Source: an uncultured Bacteroidaceae bacterium (GTDB lineage: Bacteria > Bacillota > Clostridia > Christensenellales > CAG-917). From it: a stretch of DNA of 64,000 nucleotides. The position numbers and the translations under genes were made by a program. The stretch covers positions 3,536 to 67,535 of the forward strand of contig CAZRHE010000007.1 of the NCBI GenBank assembly GCA_964599875.1, given 5' to 3'. Shown in pieces: positions 62,142-64,000 of this stretch. The stretch's first letter is position 1; every line of letters begins with the position of its first letter. The notes under the pieces are model-generated. The model made no database searches, had not been told where the DNA came from, and was given only the letters and a program-made list of their open reading frames with translations.

Positions 62142-64000
62142 TCAAACTCTCGTCACCAGCGTAACGGGCGTCTTGAATAGTTGTTTGCCTTTGGTTGTTC
62201 TCGTGTCGATTCTGACGTCTTCGGTGTTGACGATATGGGTCTTCCCGCCCGTGACGAACGCCAAATCGTAGGGCTCTTTGACGTGGCTTACGTACTTGAC
62301 TTTGCTCTTGTCGAGGTCGATGATTTTGACGCCTTTGAGATATCTCGAAGACGGGTCGAGAGTGGACGAGATGACGCGTTTTGCATATCCCGTCGTGGAT
62401 ACGACGATAACTTCGCCCTCCTCTTCTATAAATCCGCCGAAAGCGACCGAATCGCCGTCATTGAGTTTAATTCCTTTGACTCCCCCAGCCTTTCTGCCTT
62501 GAATGGGCACTTCGAGAGGAGAATACACGAGGCATTGTCCCTCTTCGGTGACTTCGAGGACGTTCATTTCGTCGCTAACGAGTTCGACGTTAATTAGGCT
62601 GTCTTTATCCGCAAGTATAATTGCGTTCGAGAAAGGTCTAACCCCTGCGAATTCGCTGACGTCAGTGCGCTTGACCGCACCCTGCTTCGTGAAGAACATA
62701 AATTCTCCGACGGGCGTCGAGGGGAAGAAGAAACACTTGACGGGATATTCTCCCGGGATGACTTCCGCATTGAGCGAGCCGAGAGTGACGCCCTTTTCTT
62801 TCCATCTCTTTTCGGGAAGAGCGGTGACGTCGATTTTGACGAGATTGCCAAGGTTTGTAAACGCATACAAACTGCCCTTGTTGTTGACTTCGAGCACTTG
62901 TGCGGGAAGTTCGTTTTCGCCGTACAAGGACATATCCTTTTGCGCAAGGGAATAACTCTTTTGCGACGTAAAGCGGATAAGCCCCGCCGCATTCGTTACG
63001 AATATGCCTTCGCGATATTCGACCGCCTCTTCCGCAGTCGGAATTTCCACCTTGTTCGCGTCGTCAGCACTCAATATGACCGAAGTGCGTTTGGACGGAT
63101 TGTTCTTTTTGATTTCGAGAATTTCATCTTTTATAACCGCGTATTGTTTTGCCTTGCTGTTGAGAATTGCGGTGAGTTTCGCAATGAGTTTTTCAAGGGA
63201 CGCGAGTTCTTCTTCGAGTTTGCCCACTTCGAGCCTTGCAAGCGCTTTCAATCTCATATCGAGAATTGCTTGCGCCTGTTCGTCGCTCAAATCGAAACGC
63301 TCTCGTAGCGTCGCTTTTGCTTTGGCGGTGGTTTCGCTCGATTTGATGATTGCGATTACCTCGTCTATGTTACGGATTGCGACGAGCAAACCTTTGACGA
63401 TTTCCGCTCTTGCTTTCGCCGCTTTCAAGTCGTACGTGGTTCTGCGCACGATGATATCGCGCTGATACGCGATATAATAACGCAATATATCTCGAAGTCC
63501 GAGTTGTTCGGGTTTTCCGTTTGCGATTGCGACCATGTTCACCGAATAACCGATTTCGAGATTGGTTTTCTTCATAAGAAAAGCGAGTATCTTTTCGACG
63601 GGAGCGTCCTTTTTGAGTTTTATGACCGCTCTCATACCCGTCTTATCGCTTTCGTCCACTATGTCGCTTATGCCCGACAAAAGTTCCTTGTTGTTATCCC
63701 TTATATCCGCGATTTTCGTGAGAAGTTCCGCTTTGTTCACCTGATAAGGAAGTTCTGTTATAACGATATTCTTTTTGCCGTTGTCATCGTCTTCGAGGTG
63801 ATAGCGCGCGCGGATTTTGATTCTGCCCTTACCCGTTTCGTAAATGCTTTCAAGGGTGTCTACGGGAATGATGAATCCGCCCGTCGGGAAGTCGGGACCT
63901 TTGAAAACTTGCAAAAGTTCCGCCGTGGTGATATCGGGATTTTCAATCATCGCAACAACCGCGTCTATACTTTCCCCCATATTGTGAGTGGGGATGTTCG
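62142..64000 (-). CDS. parC: type IIA topoisomerase subunit A, probably topoisomerase IV ParC; the 5' end is outside the window
   Basis: The reading frame stays open to the window edge. GKGRIKIRARYHLE..IVITELPYQVNK and a coiled-coil region, then a beta-pinwheel CTD. I saw no GyrA-box (QRRGGKG) at the start of the CTD, which favours ParC over GyrA. Confidence 0.7.
   Translation of the reverse strand, partial: NIPTHNMGESIDAVVAMIENPDITTAELLQVFKGPDFPTGGFIIPVDTLESIYETGKGRIKIRARYHLEDDDNGKKNIVITELPYQVNKAELLTKIADIRDNNKELLSGISDIVDESDKTGMRAVIKLKKDAPVEKILAFLMKKTNLEIGYSVNMVAIANGKPEQLGLRDILRYYIAYQRDIIVRRTTYDLKAAKARAEIVKGLLVAIRNIDEVIAIIKSSETTAKAKATLRERFDLSDEQAQAILDMRLKALARLEVGKLEEELASLEKLIAKLTAILNSKAKQYAVIKDEILEIKKNNPSKRTSVILSADDANKVEIPTAEEAVEYREGIFVTNAAGLIRFTSQKSYSLAQKDMSLYGENELPAQVLEVNNKGSLYAFTNLGNLVKIDVTALPEKRWKEKGVTLGSLNAEVIPGEYPVKCFFFPSTPVGEFMFFTKQGAVKRTDVSEFAGVRPFSNAIILADKDSLINVELVSDEMNVLEVTEEGQCLVYSPLEVPIQGRKAGGVKGIKLNDGDSVAFGGFIEEEGEVIVVSTTGYAKRVISSTLDPSSRYLKGVKIIDLDKSKVKYVSHVKEPYDLAFVTGGKTHIVNTEDVRIDTRTTKGKQLFKTPVTLVTRV

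Noticed and set aside
1-64000. CRISPR arrays, rRNA genes, restriction-modification or other classic defence systems.
   Set aside because: Reading the window, I saw no regularly spaced direct repeats, no rRNA-like sequence, and no Cas, restriction endonuclease, methylase-specificity or Abi hallmark proteins. The only immune-type domain is the TIR fusion reported above.

Overview
This looks like a chromosomal window from a spore-forming Firmicute, probably Clostridia. Supporting gene content: yqfC-yqfD-phoH-pgpH-ybeY-era-recO synteny, an EndoA-like MazF, IorAB/PaaK fermentation genes and meso-DAP dehydrogenase. There are about 60 protein genes and one tRNA-Leu(CAA). Most genes lie on the minus strand and are tightly packed, with many ATGA/TAATG start-stop overlaps. 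Most of the window is housekeeping: valS, tyrS, alr, ilvE, metA/metY, smpB, secG, dnaB, pepF, a parC-like gene and ppa. The standout is a sharply AT-rich four-gene operon at 24469-28268 (minus strand), sitting between tyrS and a NifU-like/GGGtGRT operon. It encodes two unknown helix-rich proteins, a GrpE-like protein with an extra beta-rich C-terminal domain, and an Hsp70 that keeps the ATPase and beta-sandwich domains but lacks the helical lid. It has a near-consensus promoter flanked by palindromes, and a divergent XRE repressor gene. No J-domain protein, integrase or known effector is visible, so I cannot match it to any described system. Other items worth a second look: a TIR-SAM-methyltransferase fusion gene next to a membrane-tethered XRE protein; a solo MazF toxin with no antitoxin gene; a DnaB helicase ending in an SSB-like acidic DLPF tail; an in-frame RsmD-CoaD fusion; and two long structured non-coding regions (about 41954-42759 and 56186-56720) that share sequence modules. 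All calls come from reading the sequence and recalling protein families. No database search was run.
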